A DNA stretch of 64,000 nucleotides from Candidatus Latescibacterota bacterium (GCA_965219455.1 OZ244744.1:2080001-2144000), one strand, 5' to 3'; numbered from the stretch's first letter, positions 35,964-46,545 are shown. The notes: generated by a model from the letters alone, not told the origin. Numbers and translations are program-made.

Positions 35964-37121
35964 ATGAAGCGAGTTGCGCTGCTTGGGTCCACGGGATCTA
36001 TCGGCACCAGTACGCTGGACGTACTGGCCGGTCTGCCTGAACGATTCGAAGTGGAATGCCTCAGCGCCGGACGCAATATCGACCTGCTCTGCGAGCAGGT
36101 GACGCGTTTCCGGCCGAAACGGGTCTGCGTGGGCGAAGAGAACGCGAAAGACGCAGGCGAAAGGCGTGAGTTGCAGGGTGTTGAGGTGTTACACGGTTCT
36201 GACGGACTCCTCGCGTTGGCGACGGATTCGGAAGTGGATCTGGTAATCAACGGGCTGGTGGCGGGGGTAGGACTGCGGCCAACCCTGGCGGCGGTCGAGG
36301 CAGGCAAGGACGTCGCCATCGCAAATAAGGAAACACTGGTCGTAGCGGGGCATCTGGTAACAGATCTCGCGGCGCGGAACGGCGTGCGGTTGATTCCGCT
36401 GGATAGCGAACTGACACCTTTGTGGCAGAGCCTGCAGGAAGTCCCGCAGCAGCAGGTGACGCGCATCGTGCTTTCCGCCTCCGGAGGTCCGTTTTTCAAG
36501 ATGTCATTGGACGAGATGGCCCGTGCGACACCCGACGAGGCCCTCCGTCATCCGACGTGGCGGATGGGACCGAAGATCACCATCGATTCCGCTACCTTGA
36601 TGAACAAGGGTTTCGAGGTGATCGAGTCCCACTGGTTTCTAGGGCTCGACATCGAACAGATCGATGTCGTGATTCACCGGCAGTCGATCGTGCATTGTCT
36701 TGTGGAGTTCCTGGATGGAAGCCTGACCGCGCATTTGAGCCGGCCCGATATGCGACTGCCTATTCAGCAGGCGTTGACCCATCCGGACCGGCTGCCGACA
36801 GCCGTTCCTTCGCTGGACCTGGTGGCTACGGGTTCGTTGAGTTTCGATGCGCCGGACCTGGAGCGATTTCCGTGCCTTGCGCTGGCATATGAAGTGGGCC
36901 GTGCGGGTGGTACGGCGGCGGCGGTACTGAATGCAGCCAACGAGATTGGTGTCTATTCCTTTCTGGAAGGGCGCATCGGGTTTCTGGATGTACCGGACGT
37001 CGTACGCCGGACCCTCGATGCGCATATCAACGCATCAGGCTCGAATCTCGATGCGGTGTTTGAAGCGGACCGCTGGGGGCGAGAGAAGGCAAGGGAGTTT
37101 GCCGCACGCCTGGAAACCTAG
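35964..37121 (+). CDS. dxr: 1-deoxy-D-xylulose 5-phosphate reductoisomerase
   Basis: LLGSTGSIG, ANKE, DSE, HPTWRMGPKITIDSATLMNKGFE, PDMRLPI, NAANE. Confidence 0.96.
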   Translation: MKRVALLGSTGSIGTSTLDVLAGLPERFEVECLSAGRNIDLLCEQVTRFRPKRVCVGEENAKDAGERRELQGVEVLHGSDGLLALATDSEVDLVINGLVAGVGLRPTLAAVEAGKDVAIANKETLVVAGHLVTDLAARNGVRLIPLDSELTPLWQSLQEVPQQQVTRIVLSASGGPFFKMSLDEMARATPDEALRHPTWRMGPKITIDSATLMNKGFEVIESHWFLGLDIEQIDVVIHRQSIVHCLVEFLDGSLTAHLSRPDMRLPIQQALTHPDRLPTAVPSLDLVATGSLSFDAPDLERFPCLALAYEVGRAGGTAAAVLNAANEIGVYSFLEGRIGFLDVPDVVRRTLDAHINASGSNLDAVFEADRWGREKAREFAARLET

Positions 37122-37277
37122 TGTCCCGTCCCGGAACACAAGTTCGAAACAATCCCGAAACCTCCGCGCCAGGACCGGAAAGCCGAATGGATATACCTCG
37201 CGTGCCTTTTCGTACGCGGGAATCCCTCCGACTCGTCCGGCCCGAATTGCGGGGATTCCCTACAGGAGCTGAGCGCT

Positions 37278-38585
37278 TTGGAATTTCTGGAAACCATCTT
37301 TTATTTCATTCTCGTATTGGGTGTACTGGTTTTCGTACACGAATTCGGTCATTTCGCTGTGGCCAAAAAGTCGGGTATTCGCGTGGAGCAGTTCTCTCTG
37401 GGATTTCCGCCCAAGGCGTTCGGGATAACGGTTGGCGAGACCGAGTATTGCATTTCCTGGCTGCCCATCGGAGGATACGTGAAGGTGGCGGGAATGTCGG
37501 ACTTTGGCAGTGCGGAAGTCAAGCGACAGCCGTGGGAATTTCAGTCGAAGCCCAGGGGAATTCAGATGGCGGTAATGGTCGCAGGGCCCATTATGAATTT
37601 CCTGCTTGGTTTCATGCTCATTCTGGGGCTGCGTCTCGCGCTGGGTGACTATGTTCTGCAGACGACTAAGGTAGGCCGGATCGAGGCTACGTCTCCGTTT
37701 TACGGGGCGGGTTTGCGCACGGATGACCGCATCCTCTCGGTTAACGGGACCCCGGTGGAAAACTGGGGCGGGCTGATCGAAACATACAACGCGGGTGGCG
37801 CCGGGGACGTTGCCTTGGAAGTGGCTCGCGGCGAGGACATGGTGTCCCTTGTGGCGACACGCGATCCCGGACAGAAGTTGGGTTTCGATCCTTTCCTGCC
37901 TCCGACTGCCGGGTCGGTGATGCCCGGGTACCCGGCTGCCAAAGGGGGGATGGAGCCCGGAGACCGTGTGCTATCGATCGCCGGTGAATCCGTGAGTGGA
38001 TGGGACGAGATGAGAACGAAGATTTCCGCGAGGCCGGGGCAGGAGACCGAGGTCCGGTGGTTGCGCGGCGAAGAGGAGATGTCGGCGCGACTCGTGCCTC
38101 GGCCCCAGCGAGGTGAGGGGCGAACCATCGGTGTGATTGGCATCGGCCCGTCCTATGAGCCCAGCGCTCGGGTGCCGGTGACGCTTATCACCGCCATCGA
38201 GCACAGTGGGCGGGACCTTGTGGGTTATACCACGCTCATTTTCGTGCTCATCAAGCGCCTGGTCCTTGGCGAGATATCGGGAGGCATGATCGCGGGCCCG
38301 GTAGGAATCGCTCAGATGGCGGGGAGCAAGGCGCGGGAAGGATTGGAAGCGTTACTCGATTTTATGGCCATGCTGAGTATAAACCTCGCCGTCCTGAACC
38401 TGTTACCTATCCCAGCGCTGGACGGGGGCCATCTGATGATCCTGAGCGTAGAAGCCATTTCACGACGTTCGCTTTCCGCGCGGCAGAAAGAGCGGCTCCA
38501 ACAAGTCGGGTTTGTATTCCTGCTGGGTCTTATGGTGTATGTGACCTTTGGTGACATTGGCCGGATCTGGGGGTTGTTTTACTGA
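37278..38585 (+). CDS. rseP: RIP metalloprotease RseP with two PDZ domains
   Basis: HEFGH, LPIGGYV, AGPIMN, NLLPIPALDGGH. Confidence 0.95.
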   Translation: MEFLETIFYFILVLGVLVFVHEFGHFAVAKKSGIRVEQFSLGFPPKAFGITVGETEYCISWLPIGGYVKVAGMSDFGSAEVKRQPWEFQSKPRGIQMAVMVAGPIMNFLLGFMLILGLRLALGDYVLQTTKVGRIEATSPFYGAGLRTDDRILSVNGTPVENWGGLIETYNAGGAGDVALEVARGEDMVSLVATRDPGQKLGFDPFLPPTAGSVMPGYPAAKGGMEPGDRVLSIAGESVSGWDEMRTKISARPGQETEVRWLRGEEEMSARLVPRPQRGEGRTIGVIGIGPSYEPSARVPVTLITAIEHSGRDLVGYTTLIFVLIKRLVLGEISGGMIAGPVGIAQMAGSKAREGLEALLDFMAMLSINLAVLNLLPIPALDGGHLMILSVEAISRRSLSARQKERLQQVGFVFLLGLMVYVTFGDIGRIWGLFY

Positions 38586-38613
38586 TCCCGACGAAGCTGT
38601 TTCAGCATGGCCG

Positions 38614-38656
38614 AAAAAATGAAGGCGGGTTCGAAAACCCGCCTTCATTTTTTTTT
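38614..38656. terminator. Bidirectional Rho-independent terminator
   Basis: AAAAAATGAAGGCGGGTT-CGAA-AACCCGCCTTCATTTTTT between convergent genes. Confidence 0.88.
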
Positions 38657-39007
38657 GTTAACGTGACGTTTGCCAATGATGTTCCTCTTCGTGGTGTTCT
38701 TCCAACGTACGAAAACGCTATCGGCTTCGAGGGTTTCCATAATTCTCCCTGTCAGAACCTCCAACGCTTCGGGGTTCGCCTTCCAGGTTGCGATTAGGCG
38801 TTCGAGGTCTTTCTCGGTGAACTGAAGTCCTCGCAGCACGGCTTTTCGCTTGATGGCCAGACTGTCGGGATGTTCCGCGTAGCGATGATGCAGGCGAATA
38901 ACTTCGAGAACAACCTGTGCCAGTTGTGGTTCGGTGAGTTCGGATCCATTCCGGGCCGTGCAGGCCAGCAGGCCGGAAAACAGGAGAGCGAAGAGTATCG
39001 GTTTCAT
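38645..39007 (-). CDS. Small putative lipoprotein (DUF4296-like helical)
   Basis: MKPILFALLFSGLLA-C lipobox followed by amphipathic helices. Confidence 0.7.
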   Translation of the reverse strand: MKPILFALLFSGLLACTARNGSELTEPQLAQVVLEVIRLHHRYAEHPDSLAIKRKAVLRGLQFTEKDLERLIATWKANPEALEVLTGRIMETLEADSVFVRWKNTTKRNIIGKRHVNKKK

Positions 39008-39294
39008 TGTCGAAAAGATATCCGGTCACGACGAAAGGGTCAAGGCAAAACAGCCCGAGACGAAATTCCGGGAGGGCAAACGGGATAACCAGAGCCCAAT
39101 CCGTCTCGTTCGCCGTGCCGTAAGAAACGGCCCGAGACAAAGGGCGCCCCTGCACAATATCTGGTATTTTTTTCGCAAGTTCGCCTCGATACCCACCACA
39201 TTTCCCCTTGGGAACTCGTTGCGTCATGTATGTGCACACATGGTCACGGGGTTGTTTTTTTTAAAGATACAGCGAAAAATCGGTTAGAAATTCC

Positions 39295-39360
39295 TTGACT
39301 TTTGTATGGCCAAGTCCTAATATGGTGGTGGAAAGTGGTGGAAAGTGGTGAATCGGGGAG
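39295..39360 (+). promoter_or_regulatory. dcw promoter with MraZ operator boxes
   Basis: TTGACT-N17-TAATAT (39295-39323) followed by GTGGTG at 39325, 39335 and 39345 and GGGGAG at 39355 (10-bp period). Confidence 0.82.
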
Positions 39361-39522
39361 GGTCTGACAGATTGCGAAGATATCGCTCGGTAGGACGAGC
39401 CCCGACCAGTTAGTCGGGGCTTTTCTCCCGATCCGTGTCTTGGCGGGAGCGCATTAGAAACTCCTGTGCCGCCGGTGCGGATCCTGGCGCCGCAGAACAT
39501 CCGTATACTCCGGGTCACACAC

Positions 39523-39978
39523 ATGCCAGACGAAACGCCACTGTTCATCGGGGAATATGAGGATATTCCCGTCGATAACAAGGGTCGGCTGATTGTCCCC
39601 GCCGCTATTCGCCGGGTATTGCCAACACATGTCACTTCGCTTGTAATTGCCAGGTGGTTCGACGGCTGCCTGGCTGGATTTGATCCGATTGGTTGGCAGC
39701 AAGTCTTGCAGCAGATAAGAGAGGGGAACCATAAAGGAAAGGTGAAGCGGCAAATCGCCCGCTGGGTAATGGGTGGAGCGGCGGAGACGCGAATCGACCG
39801 GCAGGGTCGTCTATTGGTTCCTCGAAAGCTGCTTGATATGTCGGAAATTACGGATCGGGCGACGCTCAGCGGCGTGGGCAACAGGATCGAAATCTGGAAT
39901 CCGGCGCGATACAGCGCCGATATGAGCGATGTCGGCCAGAATTTGGAAGAATTCGCGGAAGATCTGGATATTCTCTAA
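39523..39978 (+). CDS. mraZ: Transcriptional regulator MraZ
   Basis: FIGEY..VDNKGRLIVPA and IDRQGRLLVP, GVGNRIEIW; start refined to ATG 39523. Confidence 0.95.
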   Translation: MPDETPLFIGEYEDIPVDNKGRLIVPAAIRRVLPTHVTSLVIARWFDGCLAGFDPIGWQQVLQQIREGNHKGKVKRQIARWVMGGAAETRIDRQGRLLVPRKLLDMSEITDRATLSGVGNRIEIWNPARYSADMSDVGQNLEEFAEDLDIL

Positions 39979-40084
39979 GTACCGGCGTCGGGTCGGTCAC
40001 ATTTATCTATCTGTACGCGATTGTGTGGAGGTGCGGGGGGTTTGTGCGACGTGAATAACGGGAAATTTTCTCAAGAATGCAAAT

Positions 40085-41020
40085 ATGCCCGGGGCCGTGG
40101 AATTTCATACGCCGGTTATGGGGCGGGAAACGGCCCACAGGGTGGTAAACGACCCGAACGGCGTGTACATCGATGGCACGGTGGGTGGTGGCGGCCATGC
40201 TGAATATATGATGGAGCGGATGGGCCGGCACGGACGACTGATCGGGATCGATCGAGATCCGGAGGCGGTTGAGGCTGCCTCCAGCCGCCTGCGCAGATTC
40301 TCGCGTCGGGTGGAAATAGTCGAGACGCCTTTCTGGGAATTGCCGCGGATTTTGGACAATCTCGGTGTAGGACGGATATCGGGGGCGATATTCGACCTCG
40401 GGGTATCTTCGCATCAAATCGAAGACGCCTCCCGTGGTTTCAGCTATCTCCGAAACGGACCCCTCGATATGCGTATGGGGCCCGATGCCCTCAGGTCCGC
40501 GCGGGATGTCGTGAACTCCTACTCCCTGGATAGGCTGACGCGAATTTTCAGGGTATTCGGAGAAGAACGTGCGGCCGGCCGGATTGCCCGGGCCATTTGC
40601 CGTCGGCGGGTCCGGAAACCGTTGGGAGATACATCGGAATTGGCCGAACTGATTGCGGAAACCACGCGGGGACCTCAATCCAAAAAGACCATGGCCAGGA
40701 TCTTTCAGTCGATCCGGATCGAAGTCAACAGTGAGTTGGAGCAGCTTCAGGAGACCCTCGAGTGTACGATCGGGAGGTTGACGCGGGGCGGACGAATTGG
40801 AATTCTGTCCTATCACTCGCTTGAAGATCGCACGGTGAAGAGGGTTTTCCGGTCGGCATTCCTGGGTTGCGTTTGCCCGCCGAAACTTCCCATTTGCGGA
40901 TGTGGTCGAGTCCCGCAGGTGCGTGTCCTGACCCCCGGAGGTATTCGCCCGGAACCGGAAGAGCGACAGCGAAACCCACGGTCCAGGAGCGCGACGTTGC
41001 GGGTCGCAGAGAGATTGTGA
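40085..41020 (+). CDS. rsmH: 16S rRNA m4C1402 methyltransferase
   Basis: HTPVM, DGTVGGGGH, DLGVSS, PLDMRM, SYHSLEDR, NPRSRSATLR. Confidence 0.96.
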   Translation: MPGAVEFHTPVMGRETAHRVVNDPNGVYIDGTVGGGGHAEYMMERMGRHGRLIGIDRDPEAVEAASSRLRRFSRRVEIVETPFWELPRILDNLGVGRISGAIFDLGVSSHQIEDASRGFSYLRNGPLDMRMGPDALRSARDVVNSYSLDRLTRIFRVFGEERAAGRIARAICRRRVRKPLGDTSELAELIAETTRGPQSKKTMARIFQSIRIEVNSELEQLQETLECTIGRLTRGGRIGILSYHSLEDRTVKRVFRSAFLGCVCPPKLPICGCGRVPQVRVLTPGGIRPEPEERQRNPRSRSATLRVAERL

Positions 41021-41051
41021 ATTCGATTGTTCGGAGTGAAAAGGAACGAGT

Positions 41052-41384
41052 ATGAACGCCAGTTCCGAAGTGAAAACGTCCGGTGGGTATCGATACGTAC
41101 TTTTAACCGTAGCGATGGTAGTTCTGGGTCTTTTGGGTTACCTGTGGGCGCAAGCGCAGACCGTGCGGCAGGGTGACGAGATCGCACGGCTTCGAACCGA
41201 GCACCAGCAACTGCTCCGCCAGCAGGAGCATTTCCGGGCGGAGGTCTCGGGGCTCCGAAGAAGCAGTCGTATCCGAGAGATCGCTTCAAATAGACTTGGG
41301 ATGGTGTTTCCGCAGGGTCCGCCTCAAAATCTGTACCTGGATGGGCAACCCGGCCGCCACGCTCTTTCAGATCACAAAAACTGA
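41052..41384 (+). CDS. ftsL: Cell division protein FtsL
   Basis: TM helix + coiled coil + RIREIA..LGM..P; lies between rsmH and ftsI. Confidence 0.85.
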   Translation: MNASSEVKTSGGYRYVLLTVAMVVLGLLGYLWAQAQTVRQGDEIARLRTEHQQLLRQQEHFRAEVSGLRRSSRIREIASNRLGMVFPQGPPQNLYLDGQPGRHALSDHKN

Positions 41385-41387
41385 ACC

Positions 41388-43484
41388 ATGCGGATTGAAG
41401 TGCGCCATATTCGCCGGCAAAGAGCCATCTGTCTGCTGGGCGGTATCTTCGTTCTGGTCTTGATCTACCGATTGGCTGCGCTTCAGGTCTGGACGGGTGA
41501 CCTCTACAGCGCCCGTGCCAAGAGGCAGCACGAAAAGCGGACAGTCTTGCGGGCGAACCGCGGTCGTATTCTGGACCGTCAGGGCCGGGTGCTTGCAACG
41601 AACCTGGAAGCCCAATCGTTCTTTGTCAACAATGTAGCCGAGTTGGACAGCCTCGGATCCATCGCGGTACGGTTTTCCGGGCGCGATGGCGAGGAAAACG
41701 CCGCGCTCCTGCGGCGGCTTCAAAAGAAGCAATTTGTCTGGCTGGCTCGAAAGGTATTCAACGACCCGCGACAGGATCCGTTGCCAAAGGGTGTGGGCCG
41801 GATTGTCGAGATGAGGCGAAGCTATCCGATGGGCGGGCTTGCCGGACAGATGCTGGGGTATACCGACATCGACAATTTGGGAATCGAGGGCGTGGAACTG
41901 GCCTGCAATTCGCGGTTGCAGGGCAAACCCGGAGATATGACGTCCCGGCGGGATGCACGTGGCGAGGTTCTGGGCGCTCTGGGGGTTATACGGCAGATGC
42001 CCGAGGACGGCGAGGATGTGATGTTGACCGTGGATGTCGATTACCAGTCGATCGTGGAAGAGGAGTTGGCTGTGGCCGTGGCGAAATTCCAGGCGGTGAA
42101 CGGGATGGCGATCGTCACGTCGCCCCGGTCAGGTGAAATTCTGGCGATGGCCAACGTGCCGCTGTACGATCCGAATCATTTCGGCAAATACGATGCGGGG
42201 GTTAGACGCAATCGTGCGGTAACCGATCTCTTTGAGCCCGGGTCCACGTTTAAGGTAGTAGCCGTGTCCGGCGGTCTGGAAGACGGGCTCTGGCGCCGGG
42301 AAGAACGAATCTACTGTGAGAACGGCCAGATGTACATTTCCGGCGGTATGATACGAGACACACATCCGTTGGGATGGCTGACGGTGCAGCAGGTCGTGGA
42401 AGAATCCAGCAACATTGGAACCGTGAAAATCGCTCGGAAACTGGAACAGGCAGGTCTGTTCAAATATGTCCGGTGGTTCGGATTTGGAAACAAGACAGCC
42501 GTGGAATTGCCGGGTGAAGTGCCCGGAATCGTGAAAAAACCGACACGATGGTCCGGAAGAACCCTGGCATCGATGGCGATTGGGCAGGAAGTGGGCGTAA
42601 CGGCATTACAGATGGTGATGGCTTACGGCGCGATCGCAAACGGCGGCCTTTTGATGGCCCCGCGCATCTATCGCCGGCGTTCTCAGGACGGCACCTGGGT
42701 GTCCGAACGACCCCATGTCTTGCGACGGGTGGTTTCCGAGGAGACGGCAAAGAACATGGCGGAAATCCTCGACGGGGTGGTGCAGCGAGGCACGGGTGCA
42801 AACGCACGGGTACCAGGCTACCGCGTAGCCGGAAAAACGGGCACCGCGCAGCGGGCAAAAGAAGGGGGGAGGGGCTATGATCCGAACCGGTATGTTTCCT
42901 CATTCATCGGTTTCTTGCCGGTAGAGCGCGCCGAATTTGTATGTATTGTGGTCGTGGACAGCCCTAAGGGTATTCATTGGGGCAGCCAGGTGGCGGCACC
43001 GGTCTTCAGCCGCATTATGAAACGCATTTTGAACCTGCGAGACACGGAAATGCGACATCGAGCAGTCGTTAAGGCCGGTGGGAAGGAAGGCGTGGAAGCG
43101 TCCACGCCGATATTGGCGGGATTGTCCCGGAATGTGGCGAAACGGGTAATGGATCGGCACGGATTCAATCCCATGAAGGTAAACGCGGGTGCCCGATTGT
43201 CAGTAAAGACGCAGGCCCTATCTACTGAGATCAGGGAATCGCAGAACGAGACTGTCTCAGTAGATTCCTCGAAGACCATCGATTCCATCACGACGCCCAA
43301 TGTTCTGGGGGTTCCATTGCGCCAGGCTGTGGTTCAGTTGACGTCGTCGGGATTAGCGGTGAGCGCCTCCGGCAGCGGGCGAGTCGTTTCGCAAACCCCC
43401 GGTGCCGGGATGGTGGTTGCCCGGGGCACGGTCTGCAATGTGGTGTGTAGCCCGCGGGACGTGCCATTTCCGAACGATATGTGA
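41388..43484 (+). CDS. ftsI: Class B penicillin-binding protein (FtsI) with C-terminal PASTA domains
   Basis: RGRILDR, EPGSTFK, SSN, GKTGTAQ. Confidence 0.94.
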   Translation: MRIEVRHIRRQRAICLLGGIFVLVLIYRLAALQVWTGDLYSARAKRQHEKRTVLRANRGRILDRQGRVLATNLEAQSFFVNNVAELDSLGSIAVRFSGRDGEENAALLRRLQKKQFVWLARKVFNDPRQDPLPKGVGRIVEMRRSYPMGGLAGQMLGYTDIDNLGIEGVELACNSRLQGKPGDMTSRRDARGEVLGALGVIRQMPEDGEDVMLTVDVDYQSIVEEELAVAVAKFQAVNGMAIVTSPRSGEILAMANVPLYDPNHFGKYDAGVRRNRAVTDLFEPGSTFKVVAVSGGLEDGLWRREERIYCENGQMYISGGMIRDTHPLGWLTVQQVVEESSNIGTVKIARKLEQAGLFKYVRWFGFGNKTAVELPGEVPGIVKKPTRWSGRTLASMAIGQEVGVTALQMVMAYGAIANGGLLMAPRIYRRRSQDGTWVSERPHVLRRVVSEETAKNMAEILDGVVQRGTGANARVPGYRVAGKTGTAQRAKEGGRGYDPNRYVSSFIGFLPVERAEFVCIVVVDSPKGIHWGSQVAAPVFSRIMKRILNLRDTEMRHRAVVKAGGKEGVEASTPILAGLSRNVAKRVMDRHGFNPMKVNAGARLSVKTQALSTEIRESQNETVSVDSSKTIDSITTPNVLGVPLRQAVVQLTSSGLAVSASGSGRVVSQTPGAGMVVARGTVCNVVCSPRDVPFPNDM

Positions 43485-43497
43485 CAGAAACCGTGTT

Positions 43498-44955
43498 ATG
43501 CGGCTGGACGACATCATATCCCGGATTCAAGGGGCACAATGGCTTCATATGGGCGATCCATGGGTTAGGGGTTTGGCCACGGATTCGCGAAAGGTTCGAC
43601 CGGGTGATCTGTTCGTTGCCATCCGTGGCGGACAGCTTGAGGACCGGCATGCGTTTGTGCCGCAGGCCGTGGCGGCGGGGGCCGTGGCGGTGGTGGTTGA
43701 AGAGCCGGTTGAGGCGGACGTTGCGGTCATCCGGGTGCCGTCCACGCGAAAGGCGCTGGGCGTATTCGCGGAACAATTCTACGGGTCGCCCTCGCGTAAT
43801 CTGCGGATGGTGGGGGTAACCGGGACCAACGGAAAGACCACGACGGCAATGCTGATACAGGCGTCGCTGGAGGCAGCCGGTGGGCTCTGCGGATTACTCG
43901 GGACGGTTGAATATCGGCTGGGCGGTCGTCGAATGCCGTCGTTCATTGGAACGCCTGAAGCACACGATCTGCAGCGATTGTTGAAGGAGATGTTGGAAAG
44001 CGGCTGCACTGCGGCCGTGATGGAAGTCACGTCGCACGGATTGGCGTTGGACCGGGTACACCGCATCGAATTCGACACGGCGGTTTTTACGAATTTTTCG
44101 CGGGACCATTTGGATTTTCACGAATCGTTAGAATCCTATCTGGCCGCCAAAAAGCTGCTCTTTGACAACTTAAATCCGGATGCGCATGCGGTGGTCAATG
44201 CGGACGATGCGGCGACCGATCGCCTTTTAAGCAACTGCAGCGCCAGGGTGGTGTCCTTCGGCCGTTCGCCAGCGGCCGATGTGCGAATTGCGACCGCGAT
44301 TACCGACGGCCGCGGGACACGGATGGAACTGGAAACGCGCTGGGGAAGCCTTCAACTTGCGCTCGCGCTGCGCGGCCGCTTCCACCAGATGAACGCCGCG
44401 GCGGCAATTGCCGCGGGGCTGGCGATGGATGTAGACGCGGAATCAATTGCCGTGGCCATCCGGGACGTGCAGGTGCCGGGGCGTTTTGAGAGCATTCAGG
44501 AAGGACAGGATTTCAGCGTGATAGTGGATTACGCACACACTCCCGATGCGCTTGGAAATGTCTTGCGGGCAGCCCGCGAATTTACGGAAGGTCGTTTGAT
44601 CTGCGTGTTTGGATGTGGGGGCGATCGAGACCGCGGCAAGCGTCCGCAGATGGGACGAATTTCTGCACAGATGTCCGATCTGACCGTTGTGACGTCCGAC
44701 AATCCCAGAACCGAAGACCCGGAGTCGATTCTCAAAGACATATTGGGGGGCATTGGCCGTGCGGACCACCGGGTCGAAGTTGACCGGCGGAAGGCGATTT
44801 CACTGGCCATTGAATATGCTTCGGGCGGCGATCTTGTCGTTATAGCGGGCAAGGGACACGAAGATTACCAGGATATCGGCGGACAGAAGATCCACTTTGA
44901 CGATCGGCAGGTGACGCGGGACATTCTGACGGGTCGGGGTTCCAGATGCCGATGA
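43498..44955 (+). CDS. murE: UDP-MurNAc-Ala-Glu:DAP ligase
   Basis: GVTGTNGKTT, MEVTSH, DHLDFH, DYAHTPD, GGDRD, SDNPR (meso-DAP specificity), AGKGHE. Confidence 0.96.
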   Translation: MRLDDIISRIQGAQWLHMGDPWVRGLATDSRKVRPGDLFVAIRGGQLEDRHAFVPQAVAAGAVAVVVEEPVEADVAVIRVPSTRKALGVFAEQFYGSPSRNLRMVGVTGTNGKTTTAMLIQASLEAAGGLCGLLGTVEYRLGGRRMPSFIGTPEAHDLQRLLKEMLESGCTAAVMEVTSHGLALDRVHRIEFDTAVFTNFSRDHLDFHESLESYLAAKKLLFDNLNPDAHAVVNADDAATDRLLSNCSARVVSFGRSPAADVRIATAITDGRGTRMELETRWGSLQLALALRGRFHQMNAAAAIAAGLAMDVDAESIAVAIRDVQVPGRFESIQEGQDFSVIVDYAHTPDALGNVLRAAREFTEGRLICVFGCGGDRDRGKRPQMGRISAQMSDLTVVTSDNPRTEDPESILKDILGGIGRADHRVEVDRRKAISLAIEYASGGDLVVIAGKGHEDYQDIGGQKIHFDDRQVTRDILTGRGSRCR

Positions 44956-44992
44956 GTTTGAGACATGAAAACCGTCACCCGGAACGCGCAAT

Positions 44993-46402
44993 ATGGAAGG
45001 AATGACACTGGCGGAAGTGGCGGATGCAATGGACGGAGAGTTGGTTGGTGCCGTCGATTCCGCAATCTGTCCAATCGGTGGGTGCATCGATTCGCGGGTG
45101 TTGAAGGTAGGGGAGTTGTTCTTCGCGCTCGAGGGAGAGAGCGCCAACGGAAATCGGGATGGGCATCGTTTTGTGGGCGATGCCCTGAAACGGGGCGCAT
45201 CGGCGGCTGTCGTTTCGCGCCAGTGGGCTGAAGATCGAATTTCCCGAAGACCACCCGGGGCGCTGATCGTTGTCGATACCCCGGGCCTGGCGCTGGGCGC
45301 TCTCGGCAGGGCTTACCGCCGGCGATTTCGGATTCCGGTCGTGGGCGTTACGGGAAGCAGCGGGAAGACAACAACCAAGGATATGGCGGCAGCGGTGCTG
45401 CGCACGCGGTACAGCGTGCTGGCTTCGGAAGGCAATTTAAACAACTGGCTTGGCGTTCCACTGACTCTGCTGCGGCTTTCAAACGCCCACGAAGCCGCGG
45501 TGATTGAAATGGGCATCAGCGAACATGGCGGTTTGAAATATCTGTGTGAAATTGCCGATCCGACGATCGGTGTAATTACCAATATCGGACCTGCACATCT
45601 GGAGTTTTTAGGCTCTGTAGAGGGGGTGGCCAAAGCCAAAGGGGAACTCCTGGATCATCTTGAAGAGTCTTCAATGGCTATCTTGAATCTCGATAACCTG
45701 TATGTGTCGAAGGAGCGAGCAAGACTAAAAGGGAGACTCCTCGGCTTTGGTATCGAAAAGATATGTCAGTTTCGTGGGGAGGGACTTGTCATAGACCAGG
45801 AGGGCTGCGGTCATTTCTCTCTGCAGGGCCGTTTTTTTCATCTGGTTGTACCAGGCCGACATCAAGTTTATAACGCACTGGCCGCAGCGGCGGTCGGCGC
45901 GGCCCTGGATGTGCCGGTTGAACAGGCCGCGAAAGCGCTGGGGGCGTTTCGGCCTTCGAAGTTACGGGGCCAGGTGGTTGAACAGAACGGAATCCGGCTT
46001 TTGAACGATTCGTATAACGCCAATCCCGCTTCGATGCGGGCGGCTCTGGAAACGCTGGCGCAGATGTCCATAACCGAGGGCGCCCGCCGGGTGGCGATCC
46101 TGGGCGACATGCTGGAAATGGGCACATCGGCCATTCAGAGCCACCGTCGCCTGGGTATGCTTGCCGCCAGACTGGGAATGGATGCCATCTTTGCGCTCGG
46201 TGATTTGTCGGAGCATGTTTCCGAAGGTGGTGTATCGGGCGGTCTGTCCCCGAAAAGATCGCGGGCATTCAAAGACCGTGCAACCCTGGTGACGAAACTC
46301 AAGACATTTCTCAAACCGGGCGATCTGGTACTGATGAAGGGATCTCGCGGCTTGGCGATGGAGACAACCGCGGAAGCACTGGGGTTTGAAATTAAACCAT
46401 GA
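44993..46402 (+). CDS. murF: UDP-MurNAc-tripeptide:D-Ala-D-Ala ligase
   Basis: GVTGSSGKTTTK, GNLNN.LGVPLTL, NDSYNANP, LGDMLEMG, KGSRG. Confidence 0.96.
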   Translation: MEGMTLAEVADAMDGELVGAVDSAICPIGGCIDSRVLKVGELFFALEGESANGNRDGHRFVGDALKRGASAAVVSRQWAEDRISRRPPGALIVVDTPGLALGALGRAYRRRFRIPVVGVTGSSGKTTTKDMAAAVLRTRYSVLASEGNLNNWLGVPLTLLRLSNAHEAAVIEMGISEHGGLKYLCEIADPTIGVITNIGPAHLEFLGSVEGVAKAKGELLDHLEESSMAILNLDNLYVSKERARLKGRLLGFGIEKICQFRGEGLVIDQEGCGHFSLQGRFFHLVVPGRHQVYNALAAAAVGAALDVPVEQAAKALGAFRPSKLRGQVVEQNGIRLLNDSYNANPASMRAALETLAQMSITEGARRVAILGDMLEMGTSAIQSHRRLGMLAARLGMDAIFALGDLSEHVSEGGVSGGLSPKRSRAFKDRATLVTKLKTFLKPGDLVLMKGSRGLAMETTAEALGFEIKP

Positions 46403-46545
46403 AATGTGACCGGCTGACGACGTTTCGGTCTTCTGAATCGACCCTCATCAGCGTTTGACAGTTCGTTCTTCATCCACAATTCCGATCCTTGACACCCTTT
46501 CTCGAGATCCCGTTTCGGGATCCTTTTCCCCTTAAGCTGCGATAT

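Noticed and set aside
46420-46495. murD C-terminal remnant (PSSAFDSSF resembling ASFDxF)
   Set aside because: Too short and weak to distinguish from chance.
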